A stretch of DNA of 64,000 bases from a virus: IMG/VR virus record IMGVR_UViG_3300032296_001209, positions 33,354-97,353 of that record. One strand, given 5' to 3'. The notes under the pieces are model-generated. The model was not told the origin of the DNA. It was given only the letters and a program-made list of their open reading frames with translations, and did not search any database. Shown in pieces: positions 1-10,700 of the stretch (the stretch's first letter is position 1; every line of letters starts with the position of its first letter). The translations under genes and the position numbers were made by a program.

Positions 1-74
1 AAGTCACCATTCTCAAAGTACTTGTAACCTTTGGCTTTCATTGCAGCCTCAATTTGTTCTCTAGTATAGCTCAT
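1..74 (-). CDS. 5' end of a probable endolysin (runs off window)
   Basis: ATG at 74 opens MSYTREQIEAAMKAKGYKYFENGD..., open to the window edge. Lies directly downstream of a holin-like gene; N-terminus resembles Bacteroidota phage lysins (recalled, not searched). Confidence 0.5.
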   Translation of the reverse strand, partial: MSYTREQIEAAMKAKGYKYFENGD

Positions 75-75
75 A

Positions 76-101
76 ATAGTTTATAGTTTATAGTTTATAG
101 T
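76..101. repeat. 7-bp tandem repeat (ATAGTTT x ~3.7)
   Basis: atagttt-atagttt-atagttt-atagt directly upstream of the ATG at 74. Confidence 0.85.
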
Positions 102-111
102 AAACAGTAAA

Positions 112-360
112 TTACTCCTCAGTTTTAGCTTCTGGCTTCTTCATGATTTTCTCAACAGAAGTCAAACCTAAACAACCAAATGCAAGCAATGCAACCGCAT
201 CCACCAATGGAGTAGAGGGAGCAAAGTGTGCTTCAGTAAAAGAGTTAGCATACAGAGTAGCGCAAAGAGTTAAAGTGCAGACTAAGCCACACAGGCGCTT
301 CATGGAAACGGAGCCTTTTTCATCTTTGAAAAGACCACCAATAAAGTTTAATAGTTTCAT
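112..360 (-). CDS. Putative holin (two hydrophobic helices, charged C-tail)
   Basis: 82 aa; SMKR followed by LCGLVCTLTLCATLY and VDAVALLAFGCLGLTSV, ending KKPEAKTEE; adjacent to a lysin-like ORF. Confidence 0.6.
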   Translation of the reverse strand: MKLLNFIGGLFKDEKGSVSMKRLCGLVCTLTLCATLYANSFTEAHFAPSTPLVDAVALLAFGCLGLTSVEKIMKKPEAKTEE

Positions 361-420
361 ACGGTATAAATTTTTTTACCGCAGTTGATTCGGGATGCAG
401 CCCTAGATGGTTTTTAGGGT

Positions 421-445
421 ACTACATATATAATATACAAAATTA
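421..445 (-). promoter_or_regulatory. Putative promoter, TTTTGTATATTATA motif
   Basis: Minus strand TAATTTTGTATATTATATATGTAGT. Related motifs recur in other intergenic gaps; includes a TAnnTTTG match. Confidence 0.5.
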
Positions 446-3400
446 TCTCCTAATTTGGTACTCCATACCTTTCAAAGCTTTAACTGGATCAATTTGATTA
501 CCAGTAAATCCAAACAAGTATCCAAAGTCATTGAAAATTTTAGGTGCACCTTCTTTCTGCCATGAGTAAGGACCTACATCTCTTGTATAGTAGGCACGGT
601 TATCATTAGAAAGTAAGTGAAGTAAGTTAGTACCAAAATCTTTATACTTATCTACAACGGGACCTAATGTAGGTGCTCCTCCATTGTATACTAATCCTAC
701 ATATTCTTTTGGATTTAAGAAAGTAATTGTTTCTTGTCTAGTACCCATTGTTGCAACAAGTGCATGGTTTACTAACCAGCCACCAGCATTGAAGTTATCA
801 GATAATAAATCACCACTTCTTTGGCGCATCTTTTCAAATCTTTCTTCATCATCCGGATCATAGTCAAATAAGTAAGCAATGATAAGAGCCAGTAATGTAA
901 TACTAATGCCTTCAGTTACTATCTTCTTAGCAGCATATGCTTCATCATCTGTCATATACATATTACCACTAGAGGCTCTAGAAACAAAAGACTTTAAGAA
1001 TCTAGCAAATGATCTGTAATAACCTTCTGTCATATCTCCACTACGCATATTATATCTCAAAGGACTAAATCTATTTACAAACATTCTTGTAAAGAATCTT
1101 CTTAATCCTGAGAACATTCTCCATACAGCATACTTATCAAGCATTACTTTATCCATTAAAGAATAAGCACCCTGTAAGTCGTTACTCTTTTCCTGTATAG
1201 TATTACGCATTGCTTTAAACTCTGCACCACCTGGAGCATATGTTTCATCAATACCTGGTTTTAGTTTAATAATTCCCTGACCATCTTTCTCCCAAGCATC
1301 TATGTAATTGATCATATTTGTTTGGCCATTTACTGTTTGTGGTATCTTTTTAAAGATCATCATACCCGCAAACAAAGAAAGTGTACCTTCATTTTCTAAC
1401 CATTTTCTTGGAGCAGTATATACACCATTTGATATACCTTTACCTGCTCCAAACATTAAACTATCTGCTAAGTCAGTACCAAAGGATCTACCAAACTCAG
1501 TACCAAAACGTTCTTGGAATCTACCTTTGATAGGATCAAAAATCTCAACTAACTGATAGTCAATACTTTTCTCACCGGGATTATAGATATTAGCAGAGAT
1601 GTCTGTCATTATCTTTAAAGCTTTTGACTGTCCTTGTAAATAAGAACGCTTGTTAAGATACTTACCACCACCTGATTCAATGATCATTTGTGTAACAGCA
1701 CCACCAAAGTTTTTAACTGCAGATGGTAAAATGTTAAATGCAAACATTCCAAATGAAGATTGTGACTGTAAAATATCTACAGCTTTACTTAATGTAGTAG
1801 GCTCAGATAACCAACCGGCTTTTGTTTGTCCTTTAAACTCTCTTTCAATAAGAGTATTGATTGCTTCAGCTCTTACGTTCTTACCTTTCTTTGCAACAAA
1901 AGATTTAATGTTGTTAGTTACCCAATTATAACCATTTACTTTAGAGGTATCCTTAATAGAATTCTCAGAGTTATTTACAACTTTCTGTAAAGCTTGAGCA
2001 ATAGGATTTAACTCAATAAGTTTTTTCTGGTGCTCTAACGAGAACATGTATTGCAATAGAGAGTACGGTACATTTAATGATACCTGATCTATATCTAGTT
2101 TATATAATCCTTTTACAGGAATAGATGAGATCTCTTCGTCAAACATGTCAGCTCTAACTAAGTTAAACGCATCATCATAGTTGAAGCCCTGATCAAAATC
2201 ATCTTGAGATGTTGTTACAGCATCTTTAACTTGCTTAACAAAAGTCTTTACTTTCTCTGCACCTCTATTTAAACTACCGCCTACTAATTCACTCTTAAGC
2301 TTTCTGAATCTTGGAATATCTAAATATAGTCTACTATACTTAGTTTTATCTTCCTGGAAAAGAAGTGTGTACTTTGTAATAACATCAAGGACATTTGCTT
2401 TATCCGGAGAATTCTTTTGTAAATCATAATAAGCTTTATTGATATAAGAATCATCCTTTGCTCCTTCTGCTACTGTTCTTGGTAACCAGTTACCACGGTT
2501 ATCAACGTGCACCCCTACTTTACGCTCTACTTTACCGGTTGTTTTATTATACCCAGTTCTGTATTCTTTTTTAACAGCTCTTCTGTAAAAATCCATAGTA
2601 GGTATTCTATCTAAAGTAACTTCAGTAGTCTCACCTGTAGATGGATTTACATCGTTATACGTGTAAGTATTATAGTATTCTAGATCAGAAGGAATTGTTA
2701 CATTCCAAACATATAATCTTTCATATACGCGCTCATCCTTTTTAGTCTTACTGTTGTACTTTTCTGTTTCAATGTGATTAGCAAGAAACCATTCTTTAAA
2801 TTCAGGACTTGCTTTAAAGTACTTAGATAAGAATGCGGGCTTTAAAAAATTATCTGAGTTATCAGTATTAATTTCACTAATAGTAAAACCAGCAAGTTTA
2901 GCAGGATCAATAGCCTCTAGATTATTATTAAATGCAGATAAGTAATCATCAGTTGGTTCTTTAGATTGCATATCAGATAGCTGACTATATAAATTTAATA
3001 ATGTCTTCTTAGTTAATCTATCTACAGCACCTTCTCCCTTTAATTTATCTAATTCTTTAAACTCTTCTTTATCATTTATAGATGCTCTTCTGCTTTTAAT
3101 TAACTTAGCTAGTTCTATGTATCTTTCAAACTGTAGTTTACTTAGACCACTAAAGCCAGCCATGTTGTCTTTAATTTTAATCAGTTCTTTCTGTAGTTCT
3201 TTTACCCGTTTGATTCTTTCTTCAGACATTTCTGATCCAACAATTTGTCCATCAGCATTTCTAAATCCTACAGATATATCAATAAGCTCTTCCCAAAGCT
3301 CATCTTGCTTTAGTTTACTAGCTGCATCTTTTGGTAAACCATCTACTATAGCTTTAATCTTATCAAGAATAACTTTCTTTTCATCATAGAAGCTTTCTTT

Positions 3401-6001
3401 AATAGATGTTCTTGTATTAGCTTTAACCCAATCATTAACGTTATCTTCAAATTCTGTATCACTAGAGAGTAAACCCTGATCTAAAAGATCTTGTTTAAAT
3501 TGATTTAGCTTAAACTCAAATAGACCAGTGATCTCTTTATTTTCATAGAACTTACGAGACTCCTCTCTGTACTTTTTTTCTATCTTAGCCATCTCTAATT
3601 CATCACCAGTTTTTAATTTACCGGCTTCATCACGTAGTGAAGATAACTGACTATACTTCTTCCATAGAATCTTCTTTTGTTCAAAAGCCTCATCTTCTGT
3701 AAGATCTTCAAATACCCTTTGATCTACATCAGCAATATCAGCTAGGATGTTTTGCTTTCTTTGATATATGATAGAACCTAAATCAGAGTCATAGATTTTT
3801 TCTTTTGTATAAAACTCCGGTACAAACTCATCATGCATATAATCACGAGAGAATTGTCTGTACTGCTTGTTTAGTAATCTTGCTTTCTCTAAGTCTCCAA
3901 CTCTTTTAGCATCTTCTATATCAAACTGAAACTGGCTTGTTACTTTTTCAAATGCTTTAAATGGATTAAGTAATACTAACTTAGTAATGGTTTTAGGGTT
4001 ACCATTCTCATCACGTACAATAACTTCTTGCTCAGATACTAATTCTTTCATTAGTTCTGTAATGTTCTTATCAGAGTAACCGGCTTGTTTTAATGCTGGT
4101 AATAACTCTCTTAAGAAATCATCTTTATTCTTCTTAGCCTTTAACTCTACATCAGTGTAGGCATTGTCTAAGAATACTGAGAAACTAGCAATAATAGGAT
4201 CCGGTGAACTTGCAAATGATTCTACATAAGCAGATAAAGCATTAACATCACCACGCATTCCTGATAAGTAATCATCAACTGTAGCACGGTTTAATTTTAA
4301 TCTATCCCACTCTTCTTGTACCTCTCTTATTTGTTTTGGAGTAGCATTTTTAGATCTTAACTTCTCAAGCTTATTAGTAAAGTATGTATCTACATTTTTA
4401 GATAAGGGCTCAAGTTGTTCTGTTAATACTCCACCAACTCCTTTTTTATAAATCTCATTAATAAGTCTGTCAGCTTGCTCTGCTTTCTTACCCATCTTAG
4501 CAAATAAAGCAAATAATGAACTATCTGTACGTAAACCGGCATCAGTTAAACCATTAGTAGTTTCTTGAATAAACTTATTCCAGTTACGTAATAAGATGTC
4601 ATAATAGAATGTTTGATTGATAACCTCTTTAGTATCACCAAGAGCTTTCATATCTGTTAACTTATCTATTATTCTATCTAATAAGACATCTGTCTGTAGA
4701 GCGCTTCTTACACTAGCTGTAATTTGTTTCTCTCTCTTATCAACTTCATCTTTAAATTTCTTAACCTTATCATCTACTGTAGTTGTTTCAGCAACACGTA
4801 AGTTATCTACTATATCTTTAAGAATAGATCTTCCTGATTCAGTTGTAATTGTGTCTACAACATCAGAATAGTTTTGGTTTGTCCTAATTCTATTTAACTG
4901 TGATCTAGAGTTAGAAAAGAATCTATTAACTACTTGAATAAGTACATCAGTATTAACTTTATCTAGGTCGTTATACAGAGTTTGATTATTCTTTGCATAT
5001 AGTACTAGGTCTTCCGGTGTAATAATCTCTGTTGTAAGAATAAAGTTCTCTCCAACTAACATATCAGCTAACTGATTAAGTGTAGTATCTACAGATAACT
5101 TCTCAATCTTTATACCTTTACCAAATATTTTTCTGATTAACTGCTTAATAGCAAATAACAGGTTAGAGATAAATGAATTAAATCCAGGAGTAGCAGATAC
5201 TTTATTAGCTTTCTGTACAGCAGCTTGCTCTAAAGCTCTTACAAATACTTCCTGAGCAAAATTAGGGTTAGTAATATCATACTCAGGATATAGTTCAGAT
5301 ACAGTATTTACAAGTGTAGCGCCTTCTGGTGTACTAATAATCTGATTGTATAGATTATTAAACAACTCATAGTTACTTAAATATAAACTTCTAACTATAG
5401 GGTGTGCATATTCATGCAGTACGTGATTTAATTTAAACCCATTCTCAATAAGATATACAGTGTCCTGATAATAAAATGCAGGCTCACCATTCCAGGGAGA
5501 AGTTGTATCTTTTGTAATCTCTGCGGCTTGCTCAGCAGATATCATCTTATAGTTAATACCTGTCTGAGATGCTAAGTTATTAGCAAACTTAGTTGCTATC
5601 TCTTGAGCTTTTACACCCTCTTGTAACTCTACAGATGGAAACAAACTATTTAAAAAGTCTTCATCAGCAACTCTGTAATAGTCAGGACTTTCATCAGTGA
5701 TATTGTTTTTCTTTTTATACTCTTCCCAGTAATGATCAATAACAAAACTTGGAGGATTAACAAATACTCTAGCTGTACCATCCCATGTAATAAAGTCAGC
5801 CATATTGGTTCTCCAATACTGATTTAATCCTATTACTGCCTTTACAATAGATGAGGCACCGGCTCTTGTATCACCGGCAGCATTAACATAAAATGTAGTT
5901 AAACTATCTGTTGGAGATAAGAACTGTCCAACCTCTTTAGCTAAAGCTTTTTTATATGTCTTTAGTACATCATTCTGTATATCTAATCTACACTTACTCA
6001 T
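443..6001 (-). CDS. Large virion-ejected protein with zincin-like (HExxH) domain
   Basis: ~1852 aa, likely start MSKCR at 6001 (ATGA overlap). HEYAH at 5402-5416 with downstream QEVFVRAL; helical; C-terminal hydrophobic segment ISITLLALIIAYLF; last gene of the vRNAP cassette. Confidence 0.75.
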   Translation of the reverse strand: MSKCRLDIQNDVLKTYKKALAKEVGQFLSPTDSLTTFYVNAAGDTRAGASSIVKAVIGLNQYWRTNMADFITWDGTARVFVNPPSFVIDHYWEEYKKKNNITDESPDYYRVADEDFLNSLFPSVELQEGVKAQEIATKFANNLASQTGINYKMISAEQAAEITKDTTSPWNGEPAFYYQDTVYLIENGFKLNHVLHEYAHPIVRSLYLSNYELFNNLYNQIISTPEGATLVNTVSELYPEYDITNPNFAQEVFVRALEQAAVQKANKVSATPGFNSFISNLLFAIKQLIRKIFGKGIKIEKLSVDTTLNQLADMLVGENFILTTEIITPEDLVLYAKNNQTLYNDLDKVNTDVLIQVVNRFFSNSRSQLNRIRTNQNYSDVVDTITTESGRSILKDIVDNLRVAETTTVDDKVKKFKDEVDKREKQITASVRSALQTDVLLDRIIDKLTDMKALGDTKEVINQTFYYDILLRNWNKFIQETTNGLTDAGLRTDSSLFALFAKMGKKAEQADRLINEIYKKGVGGVLTEQLEPLSKNVDTYFTNKLEKLRSKNATPKQIREVQEEWDRLKLNRATVDDYLSGMRGDVNALSAYVESFASSPDPIIASFSVFLDNAYTDVELKAKKNKDDFLRELLPALKQAGYSDKNITELMKELVSEQEVIVRDENGNPKTITKLVLLNPFKAFEKVTSQFQFDIEDAKRVGDLEKARLLNKQYRQFSRDYMHDEFVPEFYTKEKIYDSDLGSIIYQRKQNILADIADVDQRVFEDLTEDEAFEQKKILWKKYSQLSSLRDEAGKLKTGDELEMAKIEKKYREESRKFYENKEITGLFEFKLNQFKQDLLDQGLLSSDTEFEDNVNDWVKANTRTSIKESFYDEKKVILDKIKAIVDGLPKDAASKLKQDELWEELIDISVGFRNADGQIVGSEMSEERIKRVKELQKELIKIKDNMAGFSGLSKLQFERYIELAKLIKSRRASINDKEEFKELDKLKGEGAVDRLTKKTLLNLYSQLSDMQSKEPTDDYLSAFNNNLEAIDPAKLAGFTISEINTDNSDNFLKPAFLSKYFKASPEFKEWFLANHIETEKYNSKTKKDERVYERLYVWNVTIPSDLEYYNTYTYNDVNPSTGETTEVTLDRIPTMDFYRRAVKKEYRTGYNKTTGKVERKVGVHVDNRGNWLPRTVAEGAKDDSYINKAYYDLQKNSPDKANVLDVITKYTLLFQEDKTKYSRLYLDIPRFRKLKSELVGGSLNRGAEKVKTFVKQVKDAVTTSQDDFDQGFNYDDAFNLVRADMFDEEISSIPVKGLYKLDIDQVSLNVPYSLLQYMFSLEHQKKLIELNPIAQALQKVVNNSENSIKDTSKVNGYNWVTNNIKSFVAKKGKNVRAEAINTLIEREFKGQTKAGWLSEPTTLSKAVDILQSQSSFGMFAFNILPSAVKNFGGAVTQMIIESGGGKYLNKRSYLQGQSKALKIMTDISANIYNPGEKSIDYQLVEIFDPIKGRFQERFGTEFGRSFGTDLADSLMFGAGKGISNGVYTAPRKWLENEGTLSLFAGMMIFKKIPQTVNGQTNMINYIDAWEKDGQGIIKLKPGIDETYAPGGAEFKAMRNTIQEKSNDLQGAYSLMDKVMLDKYAVWRMFSGLRRFFTRMFVNRFSPLRYNMRSGDMTEGYYRSFARFLKSFVSRASSGNMYMTDDEAYAAKKIVTEGISITLLALIIAYLFDYDPDDEERFEKMRQRSGDLLSDNFNAGGWLVNHALVATMGTRQETITFLNPKEYVGLVYNGGAPTLGPVVDKYKDFGTNLLHLLSNDNRAYYTRDVGPYSWQKEGAPKIFNDFGYLFGFTGNQIDPVKALKGMEYQIRR

Positions 6002-7749
6002 AATTTGCAACTATTGTATGTTTCATCTTGAACTTCAGGATATCCTATTGGGGCATATGTATTAACTGGTTCTGCATTCTCATCCGTATTAAAACTAGTA
6101 GTGCCATCAGCAAAAGAGAAATATCTATATCCAGCGTTTGTAAACTTAAATGCATTATCAATAAAGGGATCATAGTAAATTAAATCTACTATATCTTTTG
6201 ACCTACCCATTTTAACTTTAGCTTCAAAGATTTGTTTCCAGTCTTTAAAGTAGTTATCAAATATTTCAGGATAGTTACCTTCTGCAGTACGTACAAAGAA
6301 ATCAAAAGTATAAGCTATGATGTTACCTTTATCATCATACTGCTTTTTACCAGCTTCATCTAATATAGGTATAATACCTTGCACGGTTACTGTCTCTTGA
6401 TTAGCTTTATGGTCTTTACCAATAAATGCATTAGTCATCTCAAAGGTCGGATATTTTTCAGTAAAAGATTTATACCAATTTTGATCTTCTATAAATTCTT
6501 TTACTTTAGCTGTAAACTCATTTTGGTCTTTAATAAATATTCCCTTATGATGTAACCAACCATAGAACTCACTATAGTTTTCTTCTTTCTGAACAGTACC
6601 TAATTCTATAACCCCATCAATATCATGTATATCTTCATCTATAGCTCTATAGACGGTGCCATAATATCTTAATACCATAGAACCACTTAACTTATAACCC
6701 ATACTAGGATTATTAAGCATAAAGTCTATAATTGATTTAGCCTTTGCATCTTTAGATAAAGTTTGATTGTACTTTTTTATCTCTAATTGTTTAAATGCTC
6801 CTAGATTATTTTTATCAGGAACTAATAAAGAGTCACCAACTTTTTCTACACCACGTGTAAAAATATTATAATTACCTTTATAGATATCATCTACTAAATC
6901 TAATACTCTATCCTCTAGATCTTGCTGATTAAGTTTATCAAACTTATTTCTAAACAAGGACAAAAATAAATCATGAATCTTATACCATAATTTTTGTAGA
7001 GCACTGGATTGTTTATCATAAGGATTATACTTAAAACCTCGTTTTTCAAAATACTGTTTATCTATATCACCATTACCTCGCTCACTTCTAACAAATGTGG
7101 TTAAATCTCTTCCGTAAAAATCTGTAAGACCCTCAGTAATAAAATCTATAATTACTTGTTTGTGTGCAGTAAAATTAAAAGTTCTATCTGCATACATATC
7201 AACAAGATACGCTGGTAAATCACTATCTTTATCTAGATTTTCTTTAGTAAAAATATCTTCTACCTCTGTAGTATCTTCTAACTTTAATCTATAAGATCTG
7301 TATAGATCTTTATACTTAGACCAACTTTTAATATTAAACCAAAGATTGTTATAGAGCTCACTCTTCTTACCTAAAAAACTAAGCATGATGTTAGCCACTT
7401 GCTTTGGTACAATTTCTTCAGCACCATCTCTAATAGCTAAATACTTTTGTAATAAATCAAATCCAGCTAAAGGATTACCGGGAACATTATTTAATACAGC
7501 TTCAGCAACATTACCACCCTCAACTTTAATATTAAGAGCCTTTACAAAATCTAGTAATATCTTATTAGTTCCTGCAGATAATTTAGGATTAAGAGGAATA
7601 GAATTCTTTTTTCTATTTACAATATTCTTATATACAGTAGCTGGAGGATTGCCCTCAAACTTATCCCAAAGATAAGTAGCCATCTTTGTACCTTGGAATG
7701 CTTCTAACCTTTGAAAGTCAGGATCTGATTTTATAGGACAGGTTGCCAT
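5998..7749 (-). CDS. Virion-ejected protein: degenerate zincin-like N-half plus Pol-beta-superfamily nucleotidyltransferase C-half
   Basis: Likely start MATCP at 7749 (TAATG overlap). LSGSMVL...DIHDIDGV (GS...DxD), TFDFF and KxxxxRSKDIVDL motifs. Confidence 0.65.
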   Translation of the reverse strand: MATCPIKSDPDFQRLEAFQGTKMATYLWDKFEGNPPATVYKNIVNRKKNSIPLNPKLSAGTNKILLDFVKALNIKVEGGNVAEAVLNNVPGNPLAGFDLLQKYLAIRDGAEEIVPKQVANIMLSFLGKKSELYNNLWFNIKSWSKYKDLYRSYRLKLEDTTEVEDIFTKENLDKDSDLPAYLVDMYADRTFNFTAHKQVIIDFITEGLTDFYGRDLTTFVRSERGNGDIDKQYFEKRGFKYNPYDKQSSALQKLWYKIHDLFLSLFRNKFDKLNQQDLEDRVLDLVDDIYKGNYNIFTRGVEKVGDSLLVPDKNNLGAFKQLEIKKYNQTLSKDAKAKSIIDFMLNNPSMGYKLSGSMVLRYYGTVYRAIDEDIHDIDGVIELGTVQKEENYSEFYGWLHHKGIFIKDQNEFTAKVKEFIEDQNWYKSFTEKYPTFEMTNAFIGKDHKANQETVTVQGIIPILDEAGKKQYDDKGNIIAYTFDFFVRTAEGNYPEIFDNYFKDWKQIFEAKVKMGRSKDIVDLIYYDPFIDNAFKFTNAGYRYFSFADGTTSFNTDENAEPVNTYAPIGYPEVQDETYNSCKL

Positions 7750-10700
7750 TAGCCACAAATTTCTTTTAATATTTCACCAATTGTATCTTCATCATATCCC
7801 ATTTCTTCTAGCATTTTAGAATTAATAGCAGATGCTGGATAAATGTTACCATCAACTAAAGTTACCTCTTTTTCTTTTACAACTTGATCCTCAGTATCTG
7901 GGGCACTATCAGCATCTTCTTCAAAGACCTGATTGATAGGTTGCACAGAATAAATATACTCTTTAAATTCCGGATCTTCTGCAAACACAGGATTTTTATA
8001 CCCAAAGTTATAGTATAACTCTTTAAATAACTCCATATAAGCTGGCTTATCAATATTAGGATCATCATTTAAGATACCATATCCTTCTTTGTTAAAGAGT
8101 AATGTTTTACCAGCCTCATATAATTCTATAAGAGTAGTAACAGTATCCTCTACTAACTTCATATTGTTAGCAGTATCTGCAGCATTTAAGTATTTAGCTT
8201 TACCAACAAATGATTCAAAGATTGGTAATCCTATAGTAGTACCAGTTACTTTACTAGCATTACCTAAGTAAGTATCTGAAGCAATAACATTAGTTCCGGT
8301 ATTATCTTTTGCTTTACTATATATACCAACTAGACCTGAGTATTTATTAATCAGTCCTATAGTACGCATCTTACCATAAGAATAAGTATATACTCTAGGA
8401 GTTAATGTTGAAGATGTACCCTCTGGTAATTTAGGAACTTCATCACCCATCTTTTCAATAGTATTATCTACTACATAGTTTTTAAACCTGTACTTAGTAA
8501 TGTTATTTCTAGAGTTCTGCTCACCAAACTTTTTATAGTATCTGTATAAAGCAGTATTACCCTTATCACTTTCTAATACTTTAGTGAACTTATCAATGTT
8601 TTCTTTAATGATATCTTTAAAGTTATTACTAGATAAGATAGGAACAAATGATAAGTATGACTTATTCATACCAGACTGCATGAATCCAAAGATAGATAAC
8701 TTGTTAAAGAACTCAGAAATCTCTCTATTGATAATAGGATCAGGATTCTTTTCTACATTTACATCAGATAGTTCTTCAAACTGGATATTCATTTCTTCTA
8801 AGAAATCAGGATCTTTTGTATCACCAGTTAAACGTAAGTTTTTAATTGTTGCATTCTTAGTAGGAGTCTTAATCTGCTGCGAATCATAAACCAGGTAATC
8901 AAACAAACTATAGTCTTTATTTTCTATAGCATTCTTTACCATCTCAAACTTATCTGGGAAACTATTGGTACCAAAGAACATTGACTTCAGATTGTATACA
9001 TTATGTAAAGCATCTTGAACAAGACCTTTTTCATAGATATCATCTGAAAAAATACCTTTATCTCTAGTAGCACGTAAGTATTCTCTCTCTAAAACAAAAG
9101 CAGTATACTGTTTTTCAGAACTAAATAAAGGTATAACATCTGTACGTTTATCAGCTGGTAATTTTGCTAAACCTGTTTCTTCATACTCAGCCTTAGAATA
9201 AGTTTTATTATTATACTCCTCACGTAACTTGGCTCTATCTAAATAGATCTTACCTTCATAGTATACAGCGCTTCTTTTAAGACCTCTTACCTTCTCTACA
9301 TCAATAGAATCACTTACAGCATAACCTTTGTAATCTTTTACTGTATTGATATCTACAGATCCAATACTATTCTGAATGATAAACTGAAGAAGATCATTTC
9401 TAAATAAATCTACAAATGATTCTACATCTTTATACTCTTCACGGATGATATTATAGTTGTTGTTAATTATATCAGTTAAGTAAGTATTTATGGTATCACT
9501 TGCTCTTAATGGGAAGTAATCTTTAAATACGTTTAAGATATAATCCTGTATAAAGAATGGAGCAATAGAAGATTGATTTTCCATTCTTGTTGTAATCTCT
9601 TGAGGTAATCTATTACCCTCCTCTAATTGTTCTAATTTACTTAAACGACTCTTTGCTTGGAACAAGTTACCAGACTTCTTAGTATCAACGTTAGTAGAAG
9701 AAGAAATTTCCCGCATTACTTGTGCTTGATCCTCTACTTCTAAGAAATGTATAAAGGATAACATAGCAAGAGGACTTCTTTTCTCACCATTCTGTACAAC
9801 CTTTTTAATATTCTCATTAGAGATAGCATAAACATTATAAGCTTTAGTCATAATGTCTACTGCTGCAGTTAAAGATTTTTTAGAAGCCAATGGATTCTTC
9901 ATTGTATTTGCATTATACAATTGCTTAAGTAAGAAAGGATCCTTTATTTTTTTCTTTAACTCAAGTTTATGCTCAGGATCAAATAAACCATATTTGTTTA
10001 TTACATACTGTTTTGCTTTAAACTTTAAGAAACCAGGACCTTTAGCACTATCTCCAGAAGCATCTAATGATTTAGTGTACATACCATTTAATACTCTGTA
10101 TGCAGATATATAATCTCTAATTAAAGGTTGTGATAAGAAATAAGAAGCAGTTTCAACATCAACACCGGCTTGTAACATATACAACAATGTAGGTGTTAAC
10201 TCGTAGATAGCATTCATATCAAATACCCAAGAGTCTTTTTCAACATCCACCCATCCATTCATAAGCTGAGATATTACATCTGAGATATAAACAGCTGAAT
10301 CTTTAGAGTTAAGATCTGATAAAGATATTTTACCATCCTCTGTTTTGTTATGTTTAAATAGAATACGATTCTTAGCAGTTCTTGTCTTTCCTTTACTATC
10401 TAAGAAAGTATAAGTCTTATTTAAATATGCACCAACACGGTTAAGAAGTACTGAATATTTGTTTGATACAGCACCAATACCTAAAGTTAATTTACCAATG
10501 TTATTAGACTCATGCTTATATAAGTTATTCTGAGTCTCAAACATTCTTGTTGGAGAAATAATAAATTCAGAACTCTGGAACTCAGCTTTAGCTCTTGGAT
10601 CATATTCTCTATTATATTTTGCTAATTCATCTGCAATTGGTTTAACAATATCTGTTTCGTTAGGAGTAATAAGCTGAACAAAGTTTTCCTTAATCTCCAT

